Below the pieces are notes generated by a model. It made no database searches. It was not told the DNA's origin and saw only the letters and a program-made list of their open reading frames with translations. A stretch of DNA of 62,377 nucleotides, counting the filler, from Sphacelaria rigidula (Eukaryota): NCBI GenBank assembly GCA_964200075.2. It is 5 parts of 5 records of this genome, joined end to end, with 100 filler letters (N's around TTAATTAATTAA, not from the genome) between each part and the next. Parts side by side here need not be neighbours in the genome. Positions count along the whole stretch, not along the records: positions 37,489 to 49,883 come from CAXNAA020003818.1; positions 49,984 to 62,377 come from CAXNAA020003819.1; 3 more parts are not named here. One strand, 5' to 3'. Shown piece by piece: positions 38,169 to 51,617 of the stretch (its first letter is position 1; each line of letters begins with the position of its first letter). The translations under genes were made by a program, and so were the position numbers.

Positions 38169-41100
38169 CTGTATCGTTTCGTGTGTGTACAACGGGGTGG
38201 GGAGAATGGAGGACCGGGTTGCGTGTGGGGCAGGAACACGAGAGAAATGGTCAAGGGCAAGGGGCGTACTCATTTGTTGCTTGCCTTAGTCATTTGACCA
38301 TTGACCACGCATCCCTTTCGAGACGGAGCAAGGGGGGAAACAGACGTTTGCCTCGAGGTTTGCAATCATCAACCTTGTACCCTACTGAGATGGCCTTTAT
38401 TTTGTGACCCAGGGGTTGACTCGTGTGTTGAATCGGCACTATTTTTACGTTTCTACTCGGAATTTGAAATTTGGATGGAAAACCCACTTGACCAATCATG
38501 CATGTCACAGTTGACGCTTCGACCGCCAGGGCGGGTATTATGTCGGGTCGGCATCATCTTCAATTGAAAAACAATTGTGAGACCGAGATGACCCAAGCCG
38601 TCCAGTGAAGTCTTGCTTACGTGCTGGACTGACAAAGGCTGCCTAATTAGTCCTCTCGCTATGCACGGCGCAATTCTAATACATGCGGTATGACAATTTG
38701 ACACCGGATACACAGCACGTTAAACCAACCACTATCTGGAATCAGACGGTGCGTATATTTATATTTCCAACCCCAGCTCCAGCCGATGCATACTTTTGGG
38801 CCGTCTTACCATCCTCAAAATCGCTTCTTGGCGAACAAAAAAAAACTCCAGGACTCGATCATTTGTCTGTTTGAAAGGTTGGCGGGAACTGAAGAGAAAA
38901 ATGCGGCCACCGCGAAACGCAAAGGTGCCCTGGATTCGTCTCATCGAGGCATATCAAGGCATTTCAAGGTGTCAAAACCTGCCTGTAGCGCTTGCAGACA
39001 TCCGCGACATGCATGTGGGGAGAGTTGAGGAGTATACATCGCTCGTTTTCCTCATAGTCCGTCTGCAAATCGGACGTCCGGATATTCGGACATCCGCCAC
39101 TTTTTTCAATGCGCGGATTGATCCGGATCAGGCTGCTCAACCCTTCGACCGCGAAGGTAGGTCACCTACTGAATCGGCATCAATTTCACCTGGGAAAAGT
39201 ATATGATCCAGACGAACTACCCGCATCGCGGTCTACGGGTAAAAATCCGAAATCCGCCCCCCTTTGAAAAAATTTAACGGAGCACATCTCTAGAAATGAG
39301 CGGCCCCTGCAACATGGCTTCGATGGCGAAGATTTTGGGCAACAATCTTACTGATACTAGTAGCTCATGTATAGACCAAGGAGCTATGGGAATAGAATCG
39401 GACTTATCTCTTTCGACCTCAATATTTGAAGTAGTATTTCGGTATACAAGAAAGGAAACTTCCCCAGCACAATCAATTACATTTTGCCACGATCGAGTGC
39501 TAGGATGCTATCGACTAGAGGTGGAACGTAGCCTCAACAGTCACGTGTCTTTCCCCCCATCGTAAAATATGATGCGACAGAAAGTTCTGCCAAGCGTTAT
39601 GAGAAGCAGCTCCAGAACCTATATCGTCAGTTTCGCCCGATAATGAAGTCGTGCGGGTATATTATTTACGCAAGACAAAAGACGCTTTCGTCAGGATGTA
39701 AGCTGCTAGGGCTGGGTATAAAAAGGGATCTCCTGCGATCGGGACTAGATGTTCTTGGCGGATTGCGGCCGTTCTCGAGACATATTCAGTGCAAAGGATT
39801 ATTGAAATTAATGCTAGGTAATATTCCTGTCGGGTATGCTTGATTGCTTGATTGTCGCAAATATTGTAGAGTGATCCCTGAGGAATTCAGCCGTACTCAC
39901 AGAACGGGCATCCACAAGGGGACAACAACAAAAGAGCTCAATACGAGAAACTCGGAGGAAGGCACAAAGAAAGATACCTCAGAACGATACATTTGAGTTG
40001 AAATATTTCGTGAAGGGCTCGGGCGTTGGTGGAAAACGGAGAACAGCAGGAGCCGTGAAAATGCTTTTCCAAAGAGATGTTTGTTCCTTTCGTGTGCTCC
40101 CAAGACTTCAAGTCGCGCTGCATCTCAATGGTGTGATCGGACAGCTGTGGGTGCGATGGTGAATCATTTTCGTCGAGTTTCCTCGAGATGTGAAACTCCG
40201 TCATGATTTGAACTAAGAAGGGTCCGCCGACGTCACGCAATGGAAGATTTTGAAAAAACGTGAGAGAGCTGACAGCTGGAATCATTCCGGAAACGCAACA
40301 CAGACCCCAGACAATCACAACACCTTGTGAGGGTGGGTTCCAGAGCTCTTTGGAAAAAACAAACTGCGAAGACAACCCGAACAAAAAAATGTGAAGCATA
40401 TTTTACCCATGGTTGCTCCACGGAAACAGCCAATATACTACCCCACATCGCAAGCTTCGCGACGGTACCTCAGCCGATGGACCGTATCAACATTGTTTTC
40501 TACGAGAAGAAAAAACGCAATGGCCACGCTATCAGGAGATTGATTGAACTTCGCGGTTTGATCGGGCTCAAATTGTGCAGTGCGCAACACCGCACTACCC
40601 TGTATGTGTCGGTCGCCCTGTGGATTGGGAATGTATGACGATATGTGCTCAAGAACACATCGTATAGACTTAAGGGCGAGACCCCGCAGGGAGGCAAGGG
40701 CTTTGTATTTGTAAAATCACAAATGAGGGTCTCGAAGTTACCCCACACGTGGTTGGTTCGTCAACAGACAAGAAATACACACGTCATTCTATTTCAAACA
40801 ACGTGGACGATGGATGTGGTCATGGACTGGGGAACAGACTAGTTCTTCTCGTGTACTGTTGGGATATGATCAGCACGTTGTGTAGGTGTATGGGATCTTA
40901 CCTTGACATCGAGCATGCCGTCCACCTTGTGTGCGCTACAAAAGCGGGCCTTTTCGCCTTCCCAGCCAAACGTGGGCTGCCTCACACACCCCAACGCCGA
41001 CTCGCAGCGAGGATGCTGCGCGGTCCATCATATCGCATATGATCAGCAGAGGTTGAGGGGGAACAGCAGCAGAGGGAAGGGGTGAAGCCCTGATCAGCGG

Positions 41101-41186
41101 AGGCCGATATATTCCAACATTTTGGGGATGTTTCATTTCGGCAAAAAATGGGAATGAAAATAAATTACACCGGCGCAGGGGGAGGG

Positions 41187-41295
41187 GTTGTTGTTGTTGT
41201 TGTTGTTGTCTCTACATTGAAAACCGTTCCGATATCTGCGCGGTACATTTGTACTACTGTAGGAATCTGATGCGGACGCCTTCCGCGGTCACCGT
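41187..41295 (-). mobile_element. 3' end of a LINE/SINE with (CAA)n tail, same family as 51200-51462
   Basis: The reverse complement reads GATATCGGAACGGTTTTCAATGTAGAGACAACAAC... Confidence 0.75.
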
Positions 41296-42731
41296 GTAGC
41301 TGTCTCGAATAAGGTATGAGGAAATCAACCAAAACTGAAAAAGGAGTTCCTGGGTTAAAAAGGGGGAGATGCAGAAAACAGTTACTGTACAAATGCAAGG
41401 GAGGAAGGCGCAAGAGCTAGGGGTAAAGGTGACAAATTCTGAAATACTCGTTGAACTTACAACCCCGCACCTACGAAAAGGATCTGTTGTTCAGTTGTTC
41501 GCCGATAGTTTTGGCATCAATGCGCAACGTTCATTTTGATCGCCGAAGACGAAATCCTGAAACAACCGTTCTCCCCGAACGCAGGAAATTGTAGCTCTGA
41601 CGCTACGCACGATATGTGTCTTGGATCATCGTGGACAGACAGTATCGCGTCTGGACATTAGTAGATGGTGCTCACTTATTCCAAATCAAGGCAAGGGGTG
41701 TGGAGTTTGGGTATGTGCTTGTACAGAGCGGACCGATGCCGGCAGGGGGAAACAATGAGATAGCTTGGTATGTTCCTATCTGCCCACATCTTAAAGGCGA
41801 ATAATTGTCACCCACAATTACATGAGAGTATTGCGAACACCAGGAACCATCCAAGTGCGTACGCATATGCATGCGTGGCGGAGGCGGAAGGGGATTGAAT
41901 ATACGATAACCATGAGATGGGAAGATACGATACCTCACCTGCCTACTAACCTGCCCCAACCGTTCCACCCCATCCCCTCCCCTCCTGCGCTACAAATACA
42001 AAATTGTACTTTTCCAGTAGTTTGGAGAGAAAATGCTTGTTGAAGAGGGAGGGGAAGGCGAACGCGGCCACAGTCGGAGATAGTTGTATTCCCTGCTTTT
42101 TCGGCCAAGTCTCCGCGGGTGTGCTAGAGTGCTGGATTGAGAAACACGGGGTCTCAAAGAGAGTAAAGAGTGGCTAGTGCCACCAGGGTGGGATCTCCCT
42201 TACACCCTTGCGGCACAGGAGGATAAAGGAAATATGTCACCCACAAACAGCGAGAGCGAAGAGCCATAAACACTCAGTGCGTACGGCCAACCCACATCGG
42301 TCACCCCCCTGATATGAGAGGGGAAAAAAAACAAAGCGAGAGAGAGGGAGAGAGAGAGAGACCAAAAAAAGACGCGAGGATGGAACTGGAAAAGTGAACA
42401 ACACCGTTGTAACGGATTTTCATGCAGCTATACGGTACACTAATCCCTGAATGAAAGCGCGAGACGAAAACTTGAGCCATACAGAGCACCAGATGTACCT
42501 TCACGGATGTACTAGATTTTGTCCTCTCGCGCGCACTGTCAGTCGAGTTCCGCACTGCCGCGTGTTTACTCCTCTACTTCGTTTGCACATGGTCTGACAA
42601 CAAATGTACATTAAGCCGACATTACCACGGGGAGTGTGTACAACAGACAAAATACCATAATATCACCCAAGACACAGCTACGGGAGTGAAAAAAACTCCA
42701 AACAAAACAAACCCGAAACGTGACTACTGAC

Positions 42732-43167
42732 CTTGACATCCACGTAATTGTCTCTCTTGTGCTGGCTGCAATACTCCGCCTTCTCGCCTGGAAGCGCATA
42801 ACGCGGCTGCTTCATGCATCCTTCGCTTTGACACCGATTTCGCTTCACCACGTCCACCATGCCACCGGTGCGATGCTCAGCGCAGCGAGAGGGCTTCTCG
42901 CCGCGACGCTGTGCATGGGTCGGACGTTTGCCGCAGGCCTCGAAACTGCACTTGCTGCTACCCCCTCCCAGGCTGCTGTTCTGGTTCAGAGACATGATTT
43001 CCGTATGAGATCTTGATGACGGTGGCCTGCTTCCCATCGGGTCGTGGTGGTTGCCGCTGTAATTAACCATACCAATCGCAGGTGAGGTAATGGTGGTGGT
43101 GGTTGGTGTCGCGCCGTTGTCATGCCCGCCATGTTTGTTGCTGTGCAGCTGTTGTTCCTCAGAGGGA

Positions 43168-43221
<54 letters not shown>

Positions 43222-44174
43222 GTGGCATGTCGATTGTCGTTTACAGCCAACGTGCCGCTGATGGCGATATGTCTTGTTGAGTTTCCACCGCTATCACCAC
43301 CGCCGCCCCGAGCATTGCCCGTCACCTCGATTACATCACCCCCCCGAGTATGCACCAGCCTACTGCCATAGCGATGGTAGCGCCCGCAGTGATGGTGGCG
43401 ATCGATTGCACCGGCCTGTTCAAAATTCGACACCGACCGCATGGTTGAAGTGTCTGCGGGACCCTGGTGCGTGGGCAGCACATGGTACCCGTCCTCTCGT
43501 CTGCTGCTGCTCTGCCTGCTGGTGTCATGGCGGTAGTACTCGTCGTAGTATAGCTCATCACCACGGGTCGTTGGCGCAACCGTATGATGATGATCGTCGG
43601 GGCCAGGACTAATACCTACAGCGGCTCCAGCAGTGGAAGTCGCAGTAGTAGGAGAATGACACTCGTTGCCGCTGCCTAGCCTCCTGCCGTCTTGCCTCAA
43701 GTGTTGGTGTGGCGGAGAGAACGCCCCTACTCTCGGAGACGGGGAAACGACAAGGTCTGGACGGTGGTTCCTCTCTCTGGATCCCTGGTCTACATCGTAA
43801 AACGACGGCGAAGATCCAACCCCTTCGCCATGGTGGTGTTGGTAACCAATCGGATACACAACCTCTTCATCACCGCCGCCGCCTCCACGACCACCACCAT
43901 TATCACGGCGGTGCATCAGCGCACCGCCCACCCGCTTAGATTGTGGAATGCCCTGTAACAGACTGGAAACAGGCCTGAGCCACGAGCGAGGGTTGCCTCC
44001 ATTGTTGACTGGGTTTCCGAAATTGCGCGAGATGGCCCCGGGGATTTGAGGCGCAGCTACAGCAGCGGACCGCGGTGATGGAAGCATTGCTGTGTAGCCA
44101 CCCGCGATGCAAGTAGAGTGCTGGCTTCCTCCCCAACGGTTTGGTGTCTGCTGCTGCCTCCTCTCTTGAGTCAT
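42732..44174 (-). CDS. EsV-1-7 domain gene B, exon 1: ~410-aa disordered His/Gly/poly-Ala region plus two EsV-1-7 repeats
   Basis: CSFEACGKRPTHAQRRGEKPSRCAEH and CQSEGCMKQPRYALPGEKAEYCSQH; donor AAG|GTCAGT, phase 0. Confidence 0.85.
43172..43216. repeat. (CAG)15 microsatellite encoding poly-Ala
   Basis: Read directly from the sequence. Confidence 0.95.
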
Positions 44175-47100
44175 GGCTCTTTATTTGTAGCCTCCGAGGA
44201 ACTCGCAGAGGAGGTCCCGGTGAGTGATGTGTTGTGCGATAAAAAAAAGTCGGCTCGCGACAGGTGCGGCCCCAGCTTTTCGTGGTTGTTGAATATTCTG
44301 AAGGGGCGTTTTTCCAAAAAGAAAAGGGTGATCGCCACGAATTAATCAACAAATCACTGGTGATTGTGTTGGAACAACGTGATGATAACACACACACAGC
44401 TTGGGACACGTGCCACGGCGTGTATATTACACCCCCCCCTCCAGTTGCGTCTCCAAAGTAACTCCCTTGGCTGAAAACGGTGTGGTGGGTGTGTGTCGTG
44501 TGTCGGTGAAGTTGTGCTTTTTATAAGATGTAGTGTGGCGTGCGAGTGTTTGAGAGCGTCGTGGGTTGTGCTGAGATGTGGTGCAGTGGTGGTTCCTCTT
44601 ATTTTCGAAGACTCTTACACATTTTAGCAATAAATTCTGTTGCGCACCGATGACGGGCCCCTGGCCACACTATTTTCAAGTAATGTTTCACCCCAACGGT
44701 CACTTTTTTTGGCTTTCGTGAAACTTGAGCGAAATTTCGCCGCATTGTGTAACCGTTATGCGCACCAAAGAGTCAGAATGTACCGTTTTATCTTTTCATG
44801 TTATTCTTACTCCTGTTCAAACCTACAAACATCGGGCAAGCAAAGACTTTTCGCACAGGGACGCTCAACGAACACCCACAGAAGCAATACAAAATGTTTC
44901 GTGGACAAACTGTATTGTGGTGCAGCCGGCGATCCGAAGTAGCTCGCGACGGGTGGTGGGCGCGCAGAATGCATGCATATGTGAACTATATGCAAGAGAC
45001 AGACACCAGAGACTTAGTATCTCTCCGCTTACCCATTGCGCCTGCACGTCAAAGAAAGCACGTATTTGACGTAAACAGCCGAATCTGAGGTGCCGGGTTC
45101 ATATCATTTGGCGCATACATAACCCCTTACAAAAATCAAGTGAAAAGGTGGTTTGATCTTCAACTTTGGGGGCGTTCCCTGAAATAGTTGAAAAAAACTG
45201 TCAGAGAAGAAAGTGGATGTCGATTCAAAATGAATACAAATTTCGATATAAAAGTTGAAAGTTTGACCACTGAACTTCACAAGGCGCAAAATCCAAATAA
45301 AATGCACCGCGGGAACGAAGTTGTTGAGAGGTGTGCCCCCACGATCTCCTCAAGACGTAGGGTATGTATGGCATACTGTACCTCACCAAAAGCCCGAACA
45401 GTTATACTCTTGAGAGGACCCCTTGCCCGCCTCTCCGTGTGCTTCCTGATCTCTGGTGTCCAGTCCTAAACATCATGCAAGAAGCCTATGAAGGTACTAT
45501 TGATGGAGGCGATGCTGCTGGTCGAGAAGAAGTGGAAGCTCGCTGGGCATGTGGGTAATTGGTGGAGATATAGTGTGTCCCTCTCGGCGGAACATGGGGG
45601 CTGTGGGTTGTACACACGCAGGATTCTCCAGTTCATTCCTTTACCAGGTTGTACTCATCATCATGATGAGCGTGGGGTGGCCGTGGCTGGTGCAGTATCG
45701 TGGTGGCCAAGCATTTGTATAATTTGGATTCAATATCGGTCGGTTCGCGGGTTCCGCCGTTCGCACAACTCTCTCGATCGATAGTCTCTTGTCAGCGGAT
45801 GTTTCCCAGTTGCTGGAACACAGCAGCAGTAATGATGGCACAATGTACCTGAGAGAAGTAACGGGGGGTTATTTTCAGATGAATCCAACTTCTCTTCCCC
45901 CCTCCCCCTCACAGAGATCACCCATTGTTGACTGGCATCGCTGTGTGTGAGATTTCTTCTGCGCTGACTGAAATCGCCTCTGGACGGAGGGGATAAAGTG
46001 TACTGGTACTGCGTGACTGTCAACATTTCTTTGTATGTCTGGCTATATCTGCAGTGCATACGACACATGGTTAGGCGTTGTTTCAAGCGAACAACAGTAC
46101 AGTATAGCGACAAGCTTGAAGCTTTGTAGTGTCGGTAACAGGCGGCAGCGGGCAGAACGTGGAAAGATCCAGGTATTCAGATAGCAAAAGTCAGACAACA
46201 GTACAAAACCGATATAACCGTCGACTTTACACACCAAGCCGCTCAGCTGATACTGCGATGTCATTACTAAAATTTCGAACGCGCGCGGGGCAAAGATACG
46301 GTTTGGTCTAGTTGTAGGTGTGTCGCCGTCAGTATCGGGAGCTCGTGTGGGCGTCCGCTGTTTCTACTTGGACTGCACTCGAACATGAAATACGCGCAGG
46401 AGTCAGTTGCCAGCTCTAGACATTTTCATTATCCAAATCATGGTTCCTTATTCCTTGCTCCACGAGTACGTATCAGCACGGACTATCGTGTAAGCTCAGA
46501 TGCTCAGAGGACGGTGAACTAGAGCAGATCATCTGACACCCCCAACATCACTGTATCATCTACAAGGAACGGCTACTACCGCTTCTGCTGCTAATGCCCT
46601 GCGTACTTACTTCGCCCTTCAGCCACCAGGTTTTATCATCTCTGTTGAATTGGCATATTATTTTGACTTGAAAATTGCAGGCTGAGCCGTTGGCCGCCAC
46701 GGTTAGCCGTCTGGGGCTCTTCAGTCAGTTGTTTTCGAACTAATTACAGACACAACACACAGTGCCGATTCCCCATGTGACGCCCGTTGACTGCCGTGAT
46801 GCGTCCAGTATTGCATCGACATAATTTCATTTGTGAAATGAGTGGTGAACCCAGATGAGCCACGCTGGCGGTGAAGAGTTGACGGCTGGAGTGGGTCATC
46901 TGGTGGAATGGGCATCATTTATACAACGAACCTCCTTTTTCATAACATCAGTAAAAACATGGCGGCTCCGCCACTCGACATTCTATTGTCAAAAGTATTT
47001 GTGGATACATCACCGAGTACAGGCTACAGATTGTACTGTCGGGATGGGATGGTTTTCTTCAGGACACTTGTGTAGCCCTTAGAGGTGTCATGTCCACCGA

Positions 47101-49593
47101 GCTTCCCGAGTAAAGTCTACAAGTAGCGCGCTGTCTGTGTACAACATTCTGACAGCATAAGACAAAAAAACAAGGATTCAGACTACTCTCATTAGAGGTA
47201 TCTCAAAGTCGAGGTTTCCAGTCTATTCCACAGTAGTGATTGACAATTGATCAAACAGAGAACCTCGAGTCTGAGATACCACTGTTGTACTCGACTCAAG
47301 CTCGAGGGTGTTATGATGGGGTGTCGACCCTTGCAGTCGGATTTGTTATTTTGCTCTTCTGTTCGTAGACACATCGGGGTCTTGCGAGCCCTGGGCGGGT
47401 TTGCGGAAGTTTGGCTCCGGAATCTTGTCCTTGAAAATTTCGTCTTAAACCTTTCAATGCTAACCCTAAATGAAAACCCTTGCCTAGCGCAGACCGAAAG
47501 CCATGGGTCACGGGTGGTTCAGAGGTCATCCGCGCCAAGTGTGCATTACCAGAGCTTCAATCGACGCCTGCCAGGCGCACGCTCGGTGAGTATTTGGGGC
47601 TGTGGGCGCCCTTCGAGGCCAACACCTGAAGTTGAAGCGGCCCTGAAACTTTCACTACAACAGTCAGTGGTTACGATATGAATGTATCTACCAGCCAATG
47701 ATCGATTGAAGCGGTACGCAGCTTGCTGTGGAATGTGTCGTTCCGAGATTTCCCGCAAAGCGCCCCCTTCAACCTCTCGGGTGAAAGTTATTCGCCTTTT
47801 TTCGATACACACGCGTAGACACATACAGGGAGAGAGAGAGAGAGAGACTGATTAAAATATTCGTCCTCTATTGCACACTTGAACAACAGCGTAGATATCA
47901 CGCACACGACACACGACCCATCCAACTCGACCCATCACGGGAAAAAAGCAAACCTTTTCTCTATCGAAATTACGCTTCGCATACATGCCGGGATCTCATC
48001 CATAGGCATCACGCCCACGACCGCGCGCCCAACGGCCTTTCAACAGACACATTTTTTCGAGTATTGGTCTTTCCTGGACGCTGACCAACACTATTGATGG
48101 TATACGGTACACGGCTGCATCTCGCCTGACGTGGATGCCTCTCAACTGCTTTGTGCCGTACTGGCTGTACTGTCTGCCGTACTATAATAGTCAGTACAGA
48201 AAACACAACCTTTATGCCGGCCCGCTAGGACAGGACACTTGAGGTAGAAACTTAGCCCGCTGCCTTCATTCGAGGAAGCGATTCCTCCGAACAGAGTCTT
48301 TTTTCGTTCCAAAAGAGGGCCAAATATCATCTGCCTCGCTGGAATGACGTGCTGCACAACCCGAGATGATCCTTGCAGGCTTCCGCGCTTTCCGGTATAA
48401 CAGGTAATTTGATTTCGGAGCGGATTTTAAGAATTTTCCGCGCCGATGAACAATACCAAATTCGAGGAGGTATAGAAAAAGGCGCAAAAAATTCCGAGCA
48501 TGTTCAAAAACGAAGTTAAAATTAAAAAAATAATAATGACAAAAAAAAAAAACTTGTGTTGACCTTCTCACTGCGTGACCCCGCCCAATGCGCCCACATA
48601 TATATACCGAAAGCTGTAGACTGTGAGCAGAACAGATGGGATGTCAACCCATTTAATTCACCCTTATGACGAAGAAATTAATTGCTTTTACGTTTTCTGA
48701 CCAAAAATTGAGTTGCTGCCGCCGGAAAATGCGATGGTACCCCCAAGTCGTATAAAAACAAAAAGTGTCGTTCCGAGGTCGATGGTCCGAGGTGTGAAAG
48801 ATCCCCCGGACGCCTAACTGTCCTCCCGGGCGCAAAGTGATGACCAGGGGCCACGGAGTCAGCGAGTCTCACTCCCGAGATTTTGTTTCTTGAACTATAC
48901 CCCGGTGTAGGGATCAAACTTCTTTCAAGTTGTTGTTTCTTCCTCTTCTCACACACACCGAGCACTACGCTCCGTCTATGCAGTACGGATTTAAGCCCAG
49001 AAACATGGAGAGGAATGTACCGTGTCCCCACGTAACTTCGACACTACGCATCACTTCGCTGGGGCTTGGCTGATGAGGAGGGCGTTTCTTGTCAACCTTG
49101 TTGGCGAGCAAAATATTAGCGGCGGAATCATCAGATTGCAATCTGATATGTCGGTCGTTTGTGTTCCTACCAATCGCTTTTATTGTACTTCATTTTCCTC
49201 GTTTCTACTCTTCTACAAAGGTCCTCCAAAATTTCGATGTATTGGGACAGAATTTAGTTTGATGAATTAGCGGCCGAAGCCTGCAGCAGAAGACATACCT
49301 CCTACATGAAGGAGTAGAAATTATGGTCGGCTCGGCGATAAGAATAAGATTTGAGCCTCGCCTCGAATTAGAGTTTCTCAAGTAGTGACGTCAGCTGTAC
49401 ATGGGACATGTCCTGTTTCACTTTCTGTAGTGCAGCACAAAGGCAATCACGCCCTCTCTCATGTGCTGTAGCTGTCACTGTTGTACTGTGGTGTGTTTCG
49501 ACGTTGCGAAGACGGTTTGGTCTCCGCTGGGATTGCCTGAGCTGCGATATTCTCCTTTTATTCGTCTCTGTAGAAGATTATGTTAGTCGGCAC

Positions 49594-49800
49594 TAGAGGT
49601 GGGCACCGGCAGACAAAGAACCGGTTATAACTGGTTCTTGGAAACCCCCACAGGCGTTAACCGGTAACGGTAACGAAAAAAAAAACGGAGGTTTTTTGAC
49701 CCGTTTAAACCGGTTAACCGGAAAACCGGTTTAACCGGGGAAAAGAGGCGTTATTACGCCGGTTTTTCCGGTGAACCGGTTTAACCGGTTCAATTCCGAA
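49594..49800 (+). mobile_element. Probable hAT-like transposon terminus with AACCGGTT subterminal repeats
   Basis: TAGAGGTGGGC start followed by a dense array of AACCGG/CCGGTT motifs; truncated by the contig end. Confidence 0.55.
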
Positions 49801-49883
49801 GTCGAAAGTTCGATAGCAAAAGCGTGACACACGAGTCGTCACTCACCACCCCAGCTTTTCCTCTCGAGACGGTGTGTTGGCCC

Positions 49884-49983
49884 NNNNNNNNNNNNNNNNN
49901 NNNNNNNNNNNNNNNNNNNNNNNNNNNTTAATTAATTAANNNNNNNNNNNNNNNNNNNNNNNNNNNNNNNNNNNNNNNNNNNN
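49884..49983. other. Artificial contig linker
   Basis: N44-TTAATTAATTAA-N44. Confidence 0.97.
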
Positions 49984-50399
49984 CCCCCGGGGGGGGGCCC
50001 CCCCCCGAGGGGGGGGGGGGGGGGGCGGGGGGGTCCCGCCGGGGCGGGGGGGGGGGGGGGGGGGGGGGGGGGCGTACTCATTTGCTGCTCGCCTTAGTCG
50101 TTTGACCATTGACCACGCATCACTTTCGAGACAGAGCAATTGGAGGGGGGGGGGGCGAGGGAGTTCTGGGCAAATTCTTGCACAAAAGCCCACGTCAAGT
50201 CGTCGTTGAATGCAGTAACGAGTGTTCAAACGCGCCTGTTACCGATAAATAACGCCCATTCACACTGGTTGGCACCTGTTCTACCTCAACACAAGCGCAC
50301 CGCGAGTATGTGTTAGGTCGCCTGCCACACCTGTTGAAATGAGCCGTTTTTTTCGTGGAATCAAACACGCCTCCCCCCTCCCCCCGTCAGGTAGCATGA

Positions 50400-51463
<1,064 letters not shown>

Positions 51464-51617
51464 TGAATAGGAGGAAGAGTCCCTCCATAGTGCGTCGCAT
51501 GAAGGAAGGGGTAAGAAATCGTGTTTATATCCGAGCAACCTTCACTAGGGCGCACGACTGATGGTACAGACAGCAAAGGACCCAGCTGTCCATGAAGTTG
51601 TACTGTATGCCTCTCAC

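Noticed and set aside
27121-44174. Apparent tandem cluster or fusion of the two EsV-1-7 genes
   Set aside because: They lie on different contigs separated by the synthetic linker at 37389-37488.
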